Positions 1 through 12,507 of a DNA stretch of 64,000 bases are shown here, piece after piece. The stretch comes from Camelus ferus (Eukaryota): positions 1,488,001-1,552,000 of the forward strand of contig NC_045696.1 in assembly GCF_009834535.1 (NCBI RefSeq), read 5' to 3'. The translations under genes and the position numbers were made by a program. The notes beneath the pieces were generated by a model that was not told the origin of the DNA, did no database searches, and saw only the letters and a program-made list of their open reading frames with translations. Every line of letters starts with the position of its first letter. The first letter of the stretch is position 1.

Positions 1-1950
1 CCGGTGCTGCCCCTGGACTCCGAGCCCCTTCAGCCTCCAAGGGGTGTGGACCGCGCAGGAGCCATATGAAGACCTCCGCGTGGGTCGCGGGGTCCTAGGC
101 AGCCGCAGAAGGATGGCTTCCAGGAGAGCCTCGGGGCGCACATCCCAGCCACTCATCACTGTCCGCCGGGTCCTTGAGGATCTCCGCAAGGACTTCCCTA
201 CGAAGCGCCAGCACTGCTCTCCAGTGTCCCAGACCCCACCAGGCTGAGCGTTAGAGCCGACTGCGTCCCGAGAGCAGGGCTGCTGATGCCTGGCTCGACC
301 CCCTGCTCCTCCCAGTGCAGCGGCTTCTCGGGCCGGGAACACCCGCGGGGCGCGGCCGCGCTGGGCCGTGGAGCTCCACAGCCCGCTGCATCCCAGCCCT
401 GGGCCAGCGCCCTCACCCCACACCTCTGGATGTGCCCTGTGTCGGGACTTCCTCCCTGGGGTGGTCGCGGAGGCTGCTCCAGCCTCCCGCGTGCAGCGCC
501 CGGCCTGGTGAACGAGACTCCGGGCAAGCCTTCCCAGGCCCTCCTCAACGCCCAGATGCGTCCTCGCCCGGCCACACTCCTCCTCCCTCGGGCCCTGCCT
601 GACCTGAGTCCGGGTCTCGGGAACGCCAGGCCTTTCCCCGGGAGTGGAGATCTGGTCACGCACCCAGGGAGACGGCCGGGCTGGGAGGTGCAATGTAGGA
701 ACTTCTGAACCTCGCTTTCTCCAGCTCTGCCCTGGGGTTGCCGTGGGGGTTCTTTGAGGACTGACTGGGAAAACACCAGGAAGCGCCTGCAGGCAGCCGT
801 GCTTAGGTTCCAGTGGCTCCCAGCCCGAGGGAGCAAACGCGGCAGAGTCTGCGGCTCAGGGCAGGGTGTCAGGCTGGGCGCTCGGGCCTTGGGATGTCTG
901 AGCCTGGCTGGGGCAAAGGAAGTTCCGAGTGTGACCGCAGACCTTCCCGCCCCGCGTCGCTGCCCCCGGGCGGTGCAGAGGGAAGGCGGCTCCCCTCCCT
1001 CCGCGCATCTTCGGGCGCCTCGCGAGCGCCCCTGAGGAAGCGGCTCCGGGAAGGAGGCACCACACTCAGCGGCGTGCGGCTGAGACCTGGCCCAGCCTCA
1101 CCGCGGAGTGGACTCCGTCCACCGGCTACAGATTGGGAGACTGAGGCCTGCGCAAAGTCCCGCCGCCCGCCTTCAGGTCTGGTGCGGGAAGGGGCGCGCA
1201 GGCCACCCCGTGACCGCTTCTGGGAGACCCGGCGGGCGGAGCGGGTGAGCGGCTGCGGGTCAGGGGAAGAGGGTCGCCAGCGCCGCGTGGACGCGTTGGC
1301 ACCGGGAGCAGCTGCCTCTCGGTCGTACGCGGGAAGGGAAGGACTCGGTCCTGGCATCCTCAGGCCCGGCGGAGGGGACGTGGCGCGCTGTGCTCCTGGG
1401 CACCTCTGTCCCCATAACCTGCAGTGGTTAGTTTTGGTTCAGGGACGTTGGGACTAAAAATGATCGGTTTGGGCTTCTGCGAGGCCGTTTGTCGTCCGAG
1501 CATCTCCAGAATGGGACGATTTCTGGGAACCGGGCTCGCGCGCCTCCCTCTTGGCTCTGGGTCAGAGTGGTGGTGCCCAACCTGTGCACCTCTGCCCGCA
1601 CCGCCGCCGTTTTGGCGGGTCCTGCCCGTCCGCGCTAAGCAATAGGACAGGAAGGCCTGCTGCAAACTGCTCGGGGTGTGGAGTTCCTGCGCTGGGAAAC
1701 CTTGGAGTAAAATCATGCACCCTAAACGCGGTCGCCTGGTTTGACTGGAAGGAAGCAGTGAGAGAGGGACGGGAGGAAGAGGCTTGGGGAGGAGGTTACC
1801 CCGAGGCGATTTCGGCTTTATTCTGCGGGGTCGGGGCTTGGCGGGGCCCTTGCAACCGCCCCCATGGCGGCCCTGGCCCGTCGCCCTCCAGGGCCGCCCC
1901 CTGGCCCGCACCCCACTTCTGGCATGCTCCTTTCCCTCCCCAGCTAGGTA
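1..1950. promoter_or_regulatory. CpG-island-like GC-rich region ~8 kb upstream of the ITGB2 promoter
   Basis: Very high GC with dense CpG (cgcggggcgcggccgcg, cccgcgtcgc, cgccgcgtggacgcg); no recognisable protein-coding exon. Confidence 0.6.
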
Positions 1951-4429
1951 GAGAGCCCGCTGCCAGGGGTTGGGTCTTTTTTGTTTTGTGGTGTCATTTA
2001 TAGTTAACAGCCTTCTCTGATTGTAAAATTAATACGCGGCTCTCACAGACAATTTGGAAAAGACAGAAACCTATTTTGAAAAGCGAAAAATCCCTTTGAT
2101 CCTGTTGCCCAGAGATGCCCCGAAATGCAGTGTCCAGGCCCTCCAGCCCCTCTTTTCCCTCCCTGGGTCGAGCAGCCTTTGTAACTAGAAATTTTGATTG
2201 TTGCTCAAGTGTAAAATGTTAGGTCTCCCTGGTGCCCACCCAGTACACAGCCTAGGGATGGCCAGATTCCCGTCTCCACTTGGTCAGCCAAGCCTGGCTT
2301 CCCACCCTCATGACCATCAGTGGGGCACTCCCTGCATGGCTGGTGTCACACCCAGAATAGGGCAAATGTTCCCTTCACAGCTCAACCTTGGCCTGACCCC
2401 AGCTCAGCCAGGCTCTGCGTGCCCTGCCCTCCCCTTCCTGCCCCTCTGCCCTGCCTTGTTCAGCAGCCTTGCTGGGCTGTGCCCCAGGCACTTGGCCTGG
2501 ACCCGGCCCCGCCTTCATGCTTCCAGGTTCAGCCGAAAACTTCCTGTACTTCATCTCAGCACCCCGAGAGGTGAGCCCCCACCCCCACCTTACAGAGAGA
2601 AAAAGGCTCCTTCCAGGGACTGGCCTGAGGCCTTGCAGCCCCCTGCCCAGCGGGTGTCCGGACCGCCGCCCCAGCTCTTCCGAGCCCTGCCACTGCTCAC
2701 CCGCCCTGCTTCTGCTCTCATGTGTGCCAGCGGCGAGGCTGATCCCTGGGCCTCACGCTGAGACCTGCTGCTATTTCTCTGAGAAAAAAAACATACGTGG
2801 GAGAAGGAAGATAGAAGACTGCCCCGGCCCAGCCTGCAGAAGCTCCCGGTGAAGGAGGGAGAGGTCTTTCTGGAGAGGTCCCTCTGGGCTGAGAGACCCA
2901 GAACCAGAGGGGAGGGAGAGGGAAGGAGGAGGGGAGCACCTCAGGGGAGGAGCCCCGAGCCCGGCCAGGATGCCTGCAAGGGCGGCAGGGGACCCAGGCC
3001 AGGCAGGCACTGCAACACCCACCTTTGGGGGTTCAGTGGGAACTGGGGAGCCAGTGAGATGATTCAGTCCCCTCTGCAGAGGAGGAGGAGTCTTGAAATG
3101 ACAAGAGGCCAAAAGAAAAGTTTTTTAAGACAGAGAAACGGTCCTCAGGGTCCACTTCAGCGTTGGGCGATCTTGGGCTCGGTTCCTGCCTCTGATGTCC
3201 TCCTCTCTTGCCCCCAACACGGGATGCGTTCTAGTGTGCCCCCAGTGTGGCGCCGGCGCAGGGTCCCCCCAGGGGCTGGTCCCCCCGCTGATGACCTGGC
3301 CACCCGTAGTGGACACCCAGGTCCCACCCCAAGGTCCGATCCAGTGGGTTGGGCTTGAACCAGCGGGTCTGCACTCCCAATGAACACCAGGTGCTCCCCC
3401 ACCTCCCCACGGTCCTCACTCCCCAAGAAGCACTGACCTCTAGCTGGTTCTGCAAACCCCAACCCACCTGTTTTTGAACACGGGGGCTCATTTACTGCAG
3501 GGTGGTCTGTGGCTGCTCTGGGGCCACCGTGGCAGAGCTGGGCGGTCACGCACCAGTCACAGGGCCAGCCAGGCTGAACACAGTCACCCTCTGCCCTCCT
3601 CTTTTCCCAGGAAAAGCTTGTCCCCGCCGCCCCAGCAGACCCATCGTACTTCCTCTGTAACCCCGAAACACCACACTCGGGGACAGATCGCCGTGGTCAT
3701 CGTCCTCCTTGGTGGGTAAGGGGACTAGCTGCCCATCGCCATGGCCACGCCTTTCACCTCTACACAACCAACGTGACACCTGTGTGTGAAGTGCCACCCT
3801 GGGGCCAGAGGAAGGGACAGCTCCTTACCAGTTAGGCAGGCAGCAGGGATGAAGGGTCCATAGGCCGACAGCATCTGGGTCGGACCCTTCAGGATGGGAA
3901 ATGTGTGGATGGGCAGGGGGGACTTCAGAGTCCACCGGGCAGGTGGGACAGCACAGGTGAGTCCAGGGATGAGGCAGGTAATTCGACTTGGCTGAAGCAT
4001 GGAGTCCCTGGTTGGGGTGGGAGGTTGAAAGTGGGTTTTCGTAGACCTTCCCTGCTCAGGGTTGGTGTGAGAGTTTCTCGGATGTTTCTCTAAAATCTCA
4101 GGCTGCCTGAAACCCACCTTCTCCTGGGCATGGGGGGGGGGGGACACCGGCGGCCTCAGGTGCCCCGCCTTCTCACCTGTTCGCATTTCTAGGAGGGAAT
4201 GGGGAAGGAGCTTGCTTCCTGTCTGGTACAGAGCCAATGCAGAGAAGTTAAATTGCTCTGCTCCCCCAGGTTCAAAAGTCAGCAGTTAGAAGCAGAAGTT
4301 TTAATGAGAAGAAATTTCTTTGTAAATCCAGATATAGACCCTCCCCTCAAAAACAGAATCTGTAATTTTATCAAAAGCTCCATGAGCACTGGGACTTCGT
4401 GCCATTCTTCTTTTTATGATTTATACCTT

Positions 4430-4590
4430 TATACTAGTTGGGCATCTGTTGTGTGTCAGGCCCAGTGCAGGGTCCTCTCACGTGTCCTCATTTGTTCTCA
4501 GAACTTAGGGGTGGCAGGGGAGAAACTGAGGCCAGAGAAGAAACATGGCAGAACGTCCCGAGGTTCCCACCGCTACTGCTAGACCCCAAG
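4430..4590 (-). mobile_element. MIR SINE relic
   Basis: MIR core-like motif ggagaaactgaggccagaga preceded by tgtgtcaggcccagtgc. Confidence 0.5.
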
Positions 4591-5734
4591 TATGCGCGCC
4601 CTCTCTAGCCTCAGCCTCCTCGCCCCTCAGCCAGGCCCCTGGGGCGAGAGGCACTCAGAAAGCCCCTGTGGAAACTGGGCCACTTAATCCAGGGATGGAA
4701 GGTGCAAACTTGCTTTGGCAAAGGCAGCCCCAGCTTTCAATGGGCATGTACCCCCAAAGACACCCTCAAGAGGCATGGTTGGGAATCACAAACTGAACAG
4801 GAAATGGCAATTCGATAAGCACCAGGGAGGAGAGGAATGAGCCTGGGGACTGGGTTACGATTAGGTGCCCTCTCGCCACTGGTGCCCCTCCCCCCCGCAC
4901 CCCGCAGGTCAGCCTGGCCTGCCTGGTGGAGGGGGAAGTCAAACCCGAGGTGGCCGTGGCGGTGTCGTGATCTTCCTGTCCTGCCGGAGGCGGGCGTGCT
5001 CCTCACAGCCCCGCCCACGCTTGCCTCTCTGTAGAGCTGCTGTCACAGTCTTTATTTTTCACCTCGGTTCAGTGCGTTCCTTCCTCTAACCACGTAAATG
5101 TGCGCTGCGGAGTCAAGTGGACGTACTGTAATTACATTTTCTTCCCAGCACAACTTTCTGGTTTTCCTCCAGAGCTGATAATCACTTAGCCTTTTTGCTG
5201 GCTCAATCCCCACTGAACTTAGAGCCAAGTCTTCCTGCCTCCAGCAGGGACACTCCTCAGAGTGACCCTCCACACGGTCGGGCCTGTGGCTCGTCCCTCT
5301 GCTTTGGTGCTAGTTGGGCACCTGTTGCTCAGGCCACGGGCCAGCCCTGGCCAGAGACTCCCTGGGGAGCCCGGGCAGCTTCCTTCCAGGTAGGTCAGGG
5401 AAGCGGGAAGGCCGCCCCCTCAGCTTCCTCCCGCAGAGGGAGCAGCCGCGAGGGGGAAGGCAAGGAGAGAAGGCCCTCTGCTCGCAGGGCAGGTGGGGCG
5501 GGGGGTGCCCAGGCCAGCGCTCCGGACAGCAGGTGGCTAGAAGCAGCCCCGCCCCCGCGTGCCTCGGGAGCCTCGGCCCTCCCGCTGCTGCTGCGGGGGG
5601 GGGGGGCGTCCCGGGCGCCGCAGCTGCCGCTGCTCCTGCTCCCCGTGCTGAGCAGGGCTCATTTCCCTTCACTTCCCCAGCCGCCCGCAGACAGGGTTTG
5701 CGGGCCATGCCCTCAGCCACCTGTTTCCAGCCTA

Positions 5735-6820
5735 CAAATGTAATGATTTGTGCAGTCATCGCTACGAGCCATTTTTGGAACATTTCCATTACCCCAGAAA
5801 GCTCCCCACGCTCATGTACAGTCACTCCCAGTTGGTTCCTTCTTTACAAAAAGAAAATAGACTATTTTAAGACAACGGAAAAGCGTGGCGGGCCGCATCA
5901 GGAACACCTACGTGCCCACCATCCAGCTTCATCAGAGCTTAAGCTTTTGCTTTACTTTGCCCAGAATTTCTTCTTCTTTCTTCTTAATAAAGCGTAAACA
6001 CGGGAAGCTGAAGCCCTCCGCATGCCCCTCCCAGGACCACTGCCTTCAGAGGCGGCCACTCCCCTGACGCGGATTCACGAGCGTGTGGGCATCTTTCCTG
6101 TGGGACACGTGAGGTGCTCTGCGGAGGCTCCTTCCGCAGCCTGCTGTTCAAGACGACCTCCGTGGTACGGTTTTGGGTGTGTTACGTGGACACATGCAGC
6201 CCCAGATGGGTATTCTAACGGCTGCCTCTTGTCTCGTTGCACAAAGGGCTACGAGGCGTCTCCTCATCCCATGTTGGACTGGTTTCCAGGTTCTCAAGGT
6301 GCCAGCTTTTCTTTAACGCTGTCCTTTGGTTAGCGGCTAATTTTATTAAATTGTGTCTGTGAATTTGGCCTCCTCATGATTTCTGGGCTTTAAAACACGG
6401 TGAGATTTCCTTTGTGGCTTAATAAATGGTCCGCTCGTCACTGTGCCCCACGTTTTAACTTTATTCACACAAGCCGCGAAGGAAGGGCTGTGTTCCTCAG
6501 AGCCTCCGCAGGCCTAGTCTTCTGCTTGGCCTGCTCGCTGCTGAGAGAGGCGCGTCACGGCGTGCGCCACGCCTGCGGGCCTGTCAGTTTGCTTGTGCGC
6601 TCGTCAGTTTTTGTCTTACGCACCTCGGGGCCTTTGCTCAGGACGCGGGGACCTACGACAGTGTGGCTCCCCTCACGCTCTGTACTCATGGAGGGTTGTC
6701 TGCCCTGAGTTGCGTCGTGCGATGGTCTTTCTGTGTTGATTGGTATTTTCTAGCATGTAACTTGTGTGTTTTATGCCTTTATTTTCAGCCTTCACTGTCT
6801 CTTTTAACAGTTTATCTGAT
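5735..6820 (-). mobile_element. Old L1 (L1M-type) fragments
   Basis: L1 3' motifs such as ttggaacatttccattaccccagaaagctcccc and tggactggtttccagg; family recognised by eye. Confidence 0.5.
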
Positions 6821-6831
6821 AGACAGCATTT

Positions 6832-7397
6832 CTTTCTTTCTTTCTTTCTTTTTTTTTTTTTTTTGAGTCAGATCGGGTCCACATTTTACTGTCACCAAAA
6901 AAACAACAATCTGCCACCTGCAAAATATTTGAATTATCCCACCTCGGTGTGCGCTGAACTCAGATACAATTCAGTCTCACGTAAATTTGTTACCTGGAAA
7001 CAAATGTATGTAAAGGAAACGAATTGGTATCGCATGGCACTCAGTGTATTTGAGTATCAGTCTGAGAAGGGGCATCACAAAGCAGTTAGCTCTGGGGGAA
7101 AATAACAGATGACGAAATTAACACGCACAGTACTGTTATTTAACTCTACACGAACCCCTTCAACACAAATGTTTTGAGCGATTCAGAAATCGGCAGGAAT
7201 TCCACCACGGCTGACGCCTACTTTCAGGGGCACGTGCGCTCACACACGTAACCCCTTCTTGGACACCTTTTTTGATCCCTCCATGCAGCTACAGGGGGCG
7301 TGTCTGTCATCACAGGCTGCGTAAAAATCATCTATTTTCTCAAAGATCTGTTGGGAAGGCCATGTGAAAAATTGTATAGATGATAGAAATGCCTATG
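6832..7397 (-). pseudogene. Probable retroposed mRNA 3'UTR fragment (source gene unidentified)
   Basis: Poly(T)/(CTTT)n tract 6832-6864; TTTACT (AGTAAA on -) at 6885-6890, 20 nt from the tail; imperfect flanking repeat agacagcattt 6821-6831 / agacaagcattt 7398-7409. Confidence 0.45.
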
Positions 7398-7619
7398 AGA
7401 CAAGCATTTATCTCAGAATCTGTTTTCCTTTTTATGTGACTAGGAAAATAAATCTATCAAGTACGTCATTTTATTGCCCACAGTATCTAAGTATCCGATT
7501 TGAGTCCCTTACAGGTTATAAAATGAAGAATTGGGATGAAAATCGTTGTCTGCCTGACTCCAAAGTCCCCCCCTTTCCTGCCCACCAGAGCTCCTAACGG
7601 GAAAACGCACTGTGTTTTT

Positions 7620-8110
7620 TCCTTTTTAATGGTGGTGAGCCACACAGGACGTTAATGTAAGCATTTAGCCACCTCCACCAGTTTTAAGCGTGAAGTTCAG
7701 TACTATTAAACATACTCACATTGTGGTGCAACTAACGTCTAGAACTTTCTCATCTTGCAAAACTGAAACTCTCTCCCATTAAACAACTTTACACTTCTTT
7801 TTAAAATTAAAAAAAAATGCTTTTACTATAGGAAATTTCACACACATGCAGAAGCAGGCAGCACCGTTTCAGAAGCGCGTAGGCCCTCGACGTGGGCTTC
7901 AGCAGTGCTCAACGCGGCCAGCCTTGTCTTCTGCACAGCCCTCCCCACGCCCTCCCCACCCCGGATTATTTGGAAGCAAATCCAAAGCATCATGTCCTGT
8001 TATGTGTAAACATTCTAGCACAAGACTCTAAAAGGCGACACTTTTTTTTTTAACATAATCACAAAACCTTTAATGTCTAAAAACATGTACAGTAATTTCT
8101 TGATATCACA
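7620..8110 (-). mobile_element. Old L1 3'-end fragments
   Basis: tagaactttctcatcttgcaaaactgaaactctctcccattaaacaact is a typical L1MA/MB 3' end motif, followed by an L1MC-like segment. Confidence 0.6.
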
Positions 8111-9323
8111 TGGTCCGTGTGTTGTGACTGGCGGACAGTCTCTTCAGCCTCTCATCTATGGGCTCCCGCACCCCATCCCCTCTCTGACACTCCAATGTTT
8201 GTCTTCGTTGAGGGGGGGTGGCTCCAGCCTGGACTTTGCTCATCACGTCCCTGCGATGTCTATAAACCCCTCCCCCCGCCCCGTTGTTCCTAGACACTGG
8301 CCGTTCGATCTAAATCATTGATCTGACTTGGCTTCAAGAAAAAAAATCGTTTTTATTTTATTTCCTTCATGACAATCTCATTTCTGCTGCTGTCTCACCC
8401 GAGGCCTAGGCCAGCCGGCAGCACGCGCCTGTGGGCGGCGTGCCTCTGCGGCGCCTCAGCCGGTGACCGTCATGGCTCCATCCAATGTCACACGTGGGCA
8501 TGACACGGGGCCGTTCTGAGCACGCCCTTCCTTCTCAGGGTGTTTACTGAAATCATCCGTGAGAGGAACGCCCTGGAGGGGAATGCTGAATTGGAACTTG
8601 TTCTATTTTTCAGGCTCAGCAAGGCGTTTACTTGTGGACAGCGAGTGCGTGCCCCTGGGGCTCTGGCGTCCGCGCAGCGTGCGAAATCGTTCCTGACGTC
8701 TTGTTGTGCGTGTTTAAGTCACAGTTCTTTCTCGCTTGCTCTATTTCCCTTGCCTTTTTAAAACAAAGTTGTCATGTTCTTTTTTCAGACGTACACTTCC
8801 CACTTCTGTTTTTCAGGGGACTTTTAATTATTGTCACATATAAAATTGAATATTTCCTATTAAAACATCCATCGATGAGCATCAGAAACAGCGGCCCGCT
8901 CCCCTGGTCGCCTCTTCTGTGCCTCTCGGATTTTTTTTTTCAGATTGTTAATATTTTTACCACGATTTAAAGATCAATGGGTACTCGGGTTTAACAATTT
9001 TTACTTACTCGGTTGGTCACCTCTGCTTCACCTGCCCTTGGGTGCCTCTTGGATTTCCCATCTGTCTGTCGTTTACTTCTGGAGTGTGTCTTTCCAACAC
9101 AGTTTGGGGTGGTTTGCATCTGAGTCCCGGTTCCTCTGAAGAGCCCTGATTTTTGCTTCTTTGTGGGTGTAGTCAGTCAGTGTCTCCCCTTCCCCTCGCT
9201 TCCCTCCGGCGCAGTCCTGCCCCTTCGCCTGCTCTCTGTCTCTGTCCCCCTGAATCTGTGGCATTTTCTTATCATTACTGTTCTGTGCTAGCATCAGAAT
9301 TTACCCAGTTATGGAACCTTTTC

Positions 9324-9451
9324 AAATTTTTTTTTCTTTTTGGCAGGGAAGGTAATTAGGTTTATTTATTTAATGGAGGCACTGGGGATTGAACCCAGCA
9401 CCTCACACATGCTAAGCACGTGCTCTACCACTGAGCTGTACCCTCCCTCCC
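9324..9451 (-). mobile_element. tRNA-Ala-derived camelid SINE (Vic-1 type)
   Basis: Reverse complement reads gggtacagctcagtggtagagcacgtgcttagcat...gggttcaatccccagtgcctcca plus A-rich tail; TSD tggaaccttYtc at 9312-9323 / 9452-9463. Confidence 0.9.
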
Positions 9452-10030
9452 TGGAACCTTCTCCTTCCTCCCGACTCATGCAGTGGCCTCTTCGCCTGGG
9501 TTCTCTCTGTCTCCGATCTGGAGCTTTTCTTCCGTTCCCCTCCCTCTGCTCGCTGTTCCCTGTCCTCGATCCCCTGCGGCAGCGGGATGCTGAGCACCCA
9601 CTTGTCCTCCTGAGCTGATGCCCTCGCCTGCTCTCTGGTTCATTCTCCAGTGTCTGTCATTCTGCCCTTCATCCATGTGAGACTTTTTTATTTCCACCAT
9701 CCAAGTTGGACTCCCCAGTGCCTGCTGGCCACTTCTTTGATGGGTGCCTGCTCCCCTCCTGTGTGCTCAGTCTGCAGGCCGGGTGGAGCGCTGCCCCCAT
9801 CCCACTCTGCCCTTTGTGGCTCTTCGTCCCCTGCAGGGCACAGCCACCCCCTCAGTGGGCAGGGGAGTGCCAAGGTGCCCCTGGAGGCCCTGGTCCCAAA
9901 CCGCCCCTCTCACAACTGCTCTGCTTCTCGCCGCGAGCGGGTATGGGGATGGCGTGTCCTCGTCACTCCCTGTGTCAGCGCAGACAAGGGGGCTGGGCTG
10001 GATGGGGCAAATGTGGTGTAATCGCCCCAT

Positions 10031-10075
10031 GTAACTACTTCCTCCAGATTGCTGACTTGAACAGGAAGTGTTGTG
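10031..10075 (+). promoter_or_regulatory. ITGB2: ITGB2 (CD18) proximal promoter with paired ETS (PU.1/GABP) sites
   Basis: Oppositely oriented ACTTCC (10037-10042) and CAGGAAGTG (10062-10070), no TATA box; matches the known two-ETS-box CD18 promoter layout. Confidence 0.7.
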
Positions 10076-10109
10076 CCTCCACTGCAGGGTCCCTGGCGGC
10101 CTGAGTCCT

Positions 10110-10191
10110 CCAGACGTGCCTGCACCAGGCTGGTTACAGGTGGAGCCGCAGCCCACGCGGACGCCCCGCCAGGTCTCCAGGACATCAGGCG
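10110..10191 (+). other. ITGB2: ITGB2 non-coding exon 1 (5' end approximate)
   Basis: Lies just downstream of the ETS pair; ends ctccaggacatcaggcg|GTGAGT with a strong donor at 10192. Confidence 0.65.
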
Positions 10192-12507
10192 GTGAGTGGG
10201 CCGGGCCCCTGGGGCCAGGCTGGCGTTTCTGGAGGGAGCGTTCAGCCCTGGGGCTCTTCCCCTAGGAAGCAGCTCCAAGGGGCCCAGCCGGCAGGGGCCC
10301 CGGTGGCCCTGGTCTGTGTCGCCTGCCCTGGGATCGCCGCTCCAGACCCCTCGAGCTCAGACGTGGTGACAGGAGGTCCTGGCCCCACGGGCAGAGCTAT
10401 GGCTGGGTGATAGGAGCGAGCTCACCGAGGGGACAGCCCCTGCGTGGCGGGAGGCTGCGGCTCAGCCCACAGGCCTCAGCTCCCCGGTCTCTCAACAAGC
10501 CCCAGACACTGCCAAGGCCCCAAGATGGGGGCTGCGAGGCCTGGCAGAGCCAGGAGGAGGCTGGGGGGCAGGCACGCCCCCACCCCGGCTGTGCAGGAGG
10601 CTCCCGGGGCTGGCCTCTCCTGTCTGAGCAGTCCCCCTCCTCTGTCCACGTCTCCGCTGTTGCCATGGGGTGGGGGGGTTCCACCCTCCAGCAGGTCTCT
10701 GCACGGGACTGTCGGTGAGTGTGCGTGTGTGTGGTGTAGTCTCTTGGTGGCAGGTCTGCTGTTTCTCTCAGATTCCTGAAGGTTCACGCGCTCTGGCCTA
10801 ACGATGTGCAAATGCTGGGTGACAGTGGAGTTTTAGGGGGACCAACGTCAGGTGTGTGACCTAATCCTCCCCACAGCCAGGCCCTTGGAGGCCTGCTCCC
10901 CTGGGAGTGGGAGACGTGAACCACGTCCAGGGACCTGCACGAGTGTCCGGAGTGGGGCTCACGGCTGTCCCTGGGCTTTGCCCTGACAGGGGGCAGTCAG
11001 TACGTTTTGCGACAGGCTGGGCGGGGCGCCCGGACGCCTCTCTGCTGGTGGGCTTTCTGAGCTGAGACTGGGGTGGGCTGTCTGCTTGCAGCTGTCGTCA
11101 GTTGACCCTGTGCAGACACACAGCTGGCCCGGGACAAGCTGCAGTTCTTACCTGGAGATTTCACGAGGGCACACTGCCAGTCCAGCAGAGAAGGCACCGC
11201 CGCCCAGGGGTGGGAGAGGCTGGCCTGCACCCTTTCCGGAAGGGTGTGAAGTGGGCAGTCTGCCTGGCCTCCCATCTGTGAAATGGGCCAGTGGTTTACA
11301 CCCCAGCTGACTCAAGCTGAATTATAATTCAAGACTCACTTCCCTGGGGGGAGAGACACGGGGCCTGCAGGACAAGCTGTGCCTGTGTCCAGAGGGTCCA
11401 GCAGGGTCAGCTCCGGCCCAGGCCGTGCTCCGCAGGTAACAGGGCCGTGAAGAGGTGTTTGCCCTGTAGACAGGGCAGCAGAGGTGGGGCCCTGGGGGGC
11501 TCAGGCCCCACCAGCTCTGGAAAGAGTCTGAGGGTGCCCCACCGCTCTGCACACCTGTCACTGAGGGTGTCCCCTGGTCCCACCTGAGGCAGTGTCCCGG
11601 GGTGGCTGCAGGTGGTCAGTGACACTGCTCACCCTGTGGGGACGGCCAGGCCTCTCTGAGAAGCCTGGTTCTGCTGCTCTCCACCGGTGCTAGGAAGTCC
11701 ACTCCTGATGTCCCTGTGACAACACTAGGCAGACAGGGCTGGGTGATCACCGTCCGTTTTCCCTTTGCACAAAGTGGACCTAAGATAGGGCACTGGTTCT
11801 GGCCCATGGAGGCACCTCCATGACCTGCCTGTCCCAGCCGTGCTGCCTGCCCGTCCTCTGCCTGGCTGCTGAGGCCTCGTCCCTGCACACAGGGTCACGG
11901 TCAGGCGGGTGGAGTCTGCCTGCATCTCAGAGGCAGGCGGCTCAGAGCGCAGTGGGCCGGCCCAGGCGGCTCGGGGATGCTCGGAAAGAGCCCTCCAGCT
12001 CCAACCCCCAGCTTCTCCCCAGGGCGGGGCAGGCTGCTGGGGGAGGGGGGCCTTAACGGGCCTGGGGGCTTCTGGCTGCTCCTGCTGCTGGTGAGCGGGC
12101 GTCTTGGTGATGCAGCAGGTGCGGTCAAGTCCCTGAGCTGCCCAGCCTGTGACCTGGGGAGGCCTTCCTGCTTGGCCCAGGCTGCCCTGGTAAAGCTGAG
12201 GGTGTCCTGGTGACGCCAGGGAGCCAGCACCTCCGTCTCCTCCATGATCCCTCCCGGGCACTGGGCTCCCTGCTCCCCAGACCCTTTATGCGGCCCAGGT
12301 CTGAGGTGGTGTCACACGGGCTTGGGTGGTGGGATGCCACCACCACGTGGCTCTGATCGGGGCAAGATAAACAGGAGCTGGGTCCCCTCGCCACCTCCAG
12401 AACACATGAAGCAGGAAACCGTGAGTCTGCCCACCCACCTCAGCTACGAAGGGGTGTTAAAAACACCACTAGCAGCTTTCCCAAGCCTGGGTGCTCATCT
12501 TGGGGTG

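Noticed and set aside
5195..5997. GC-rich ORFs of 171-227 aa
   Set aside because: Low-complexity translations running into L1-derived sequence, with no known protein motif
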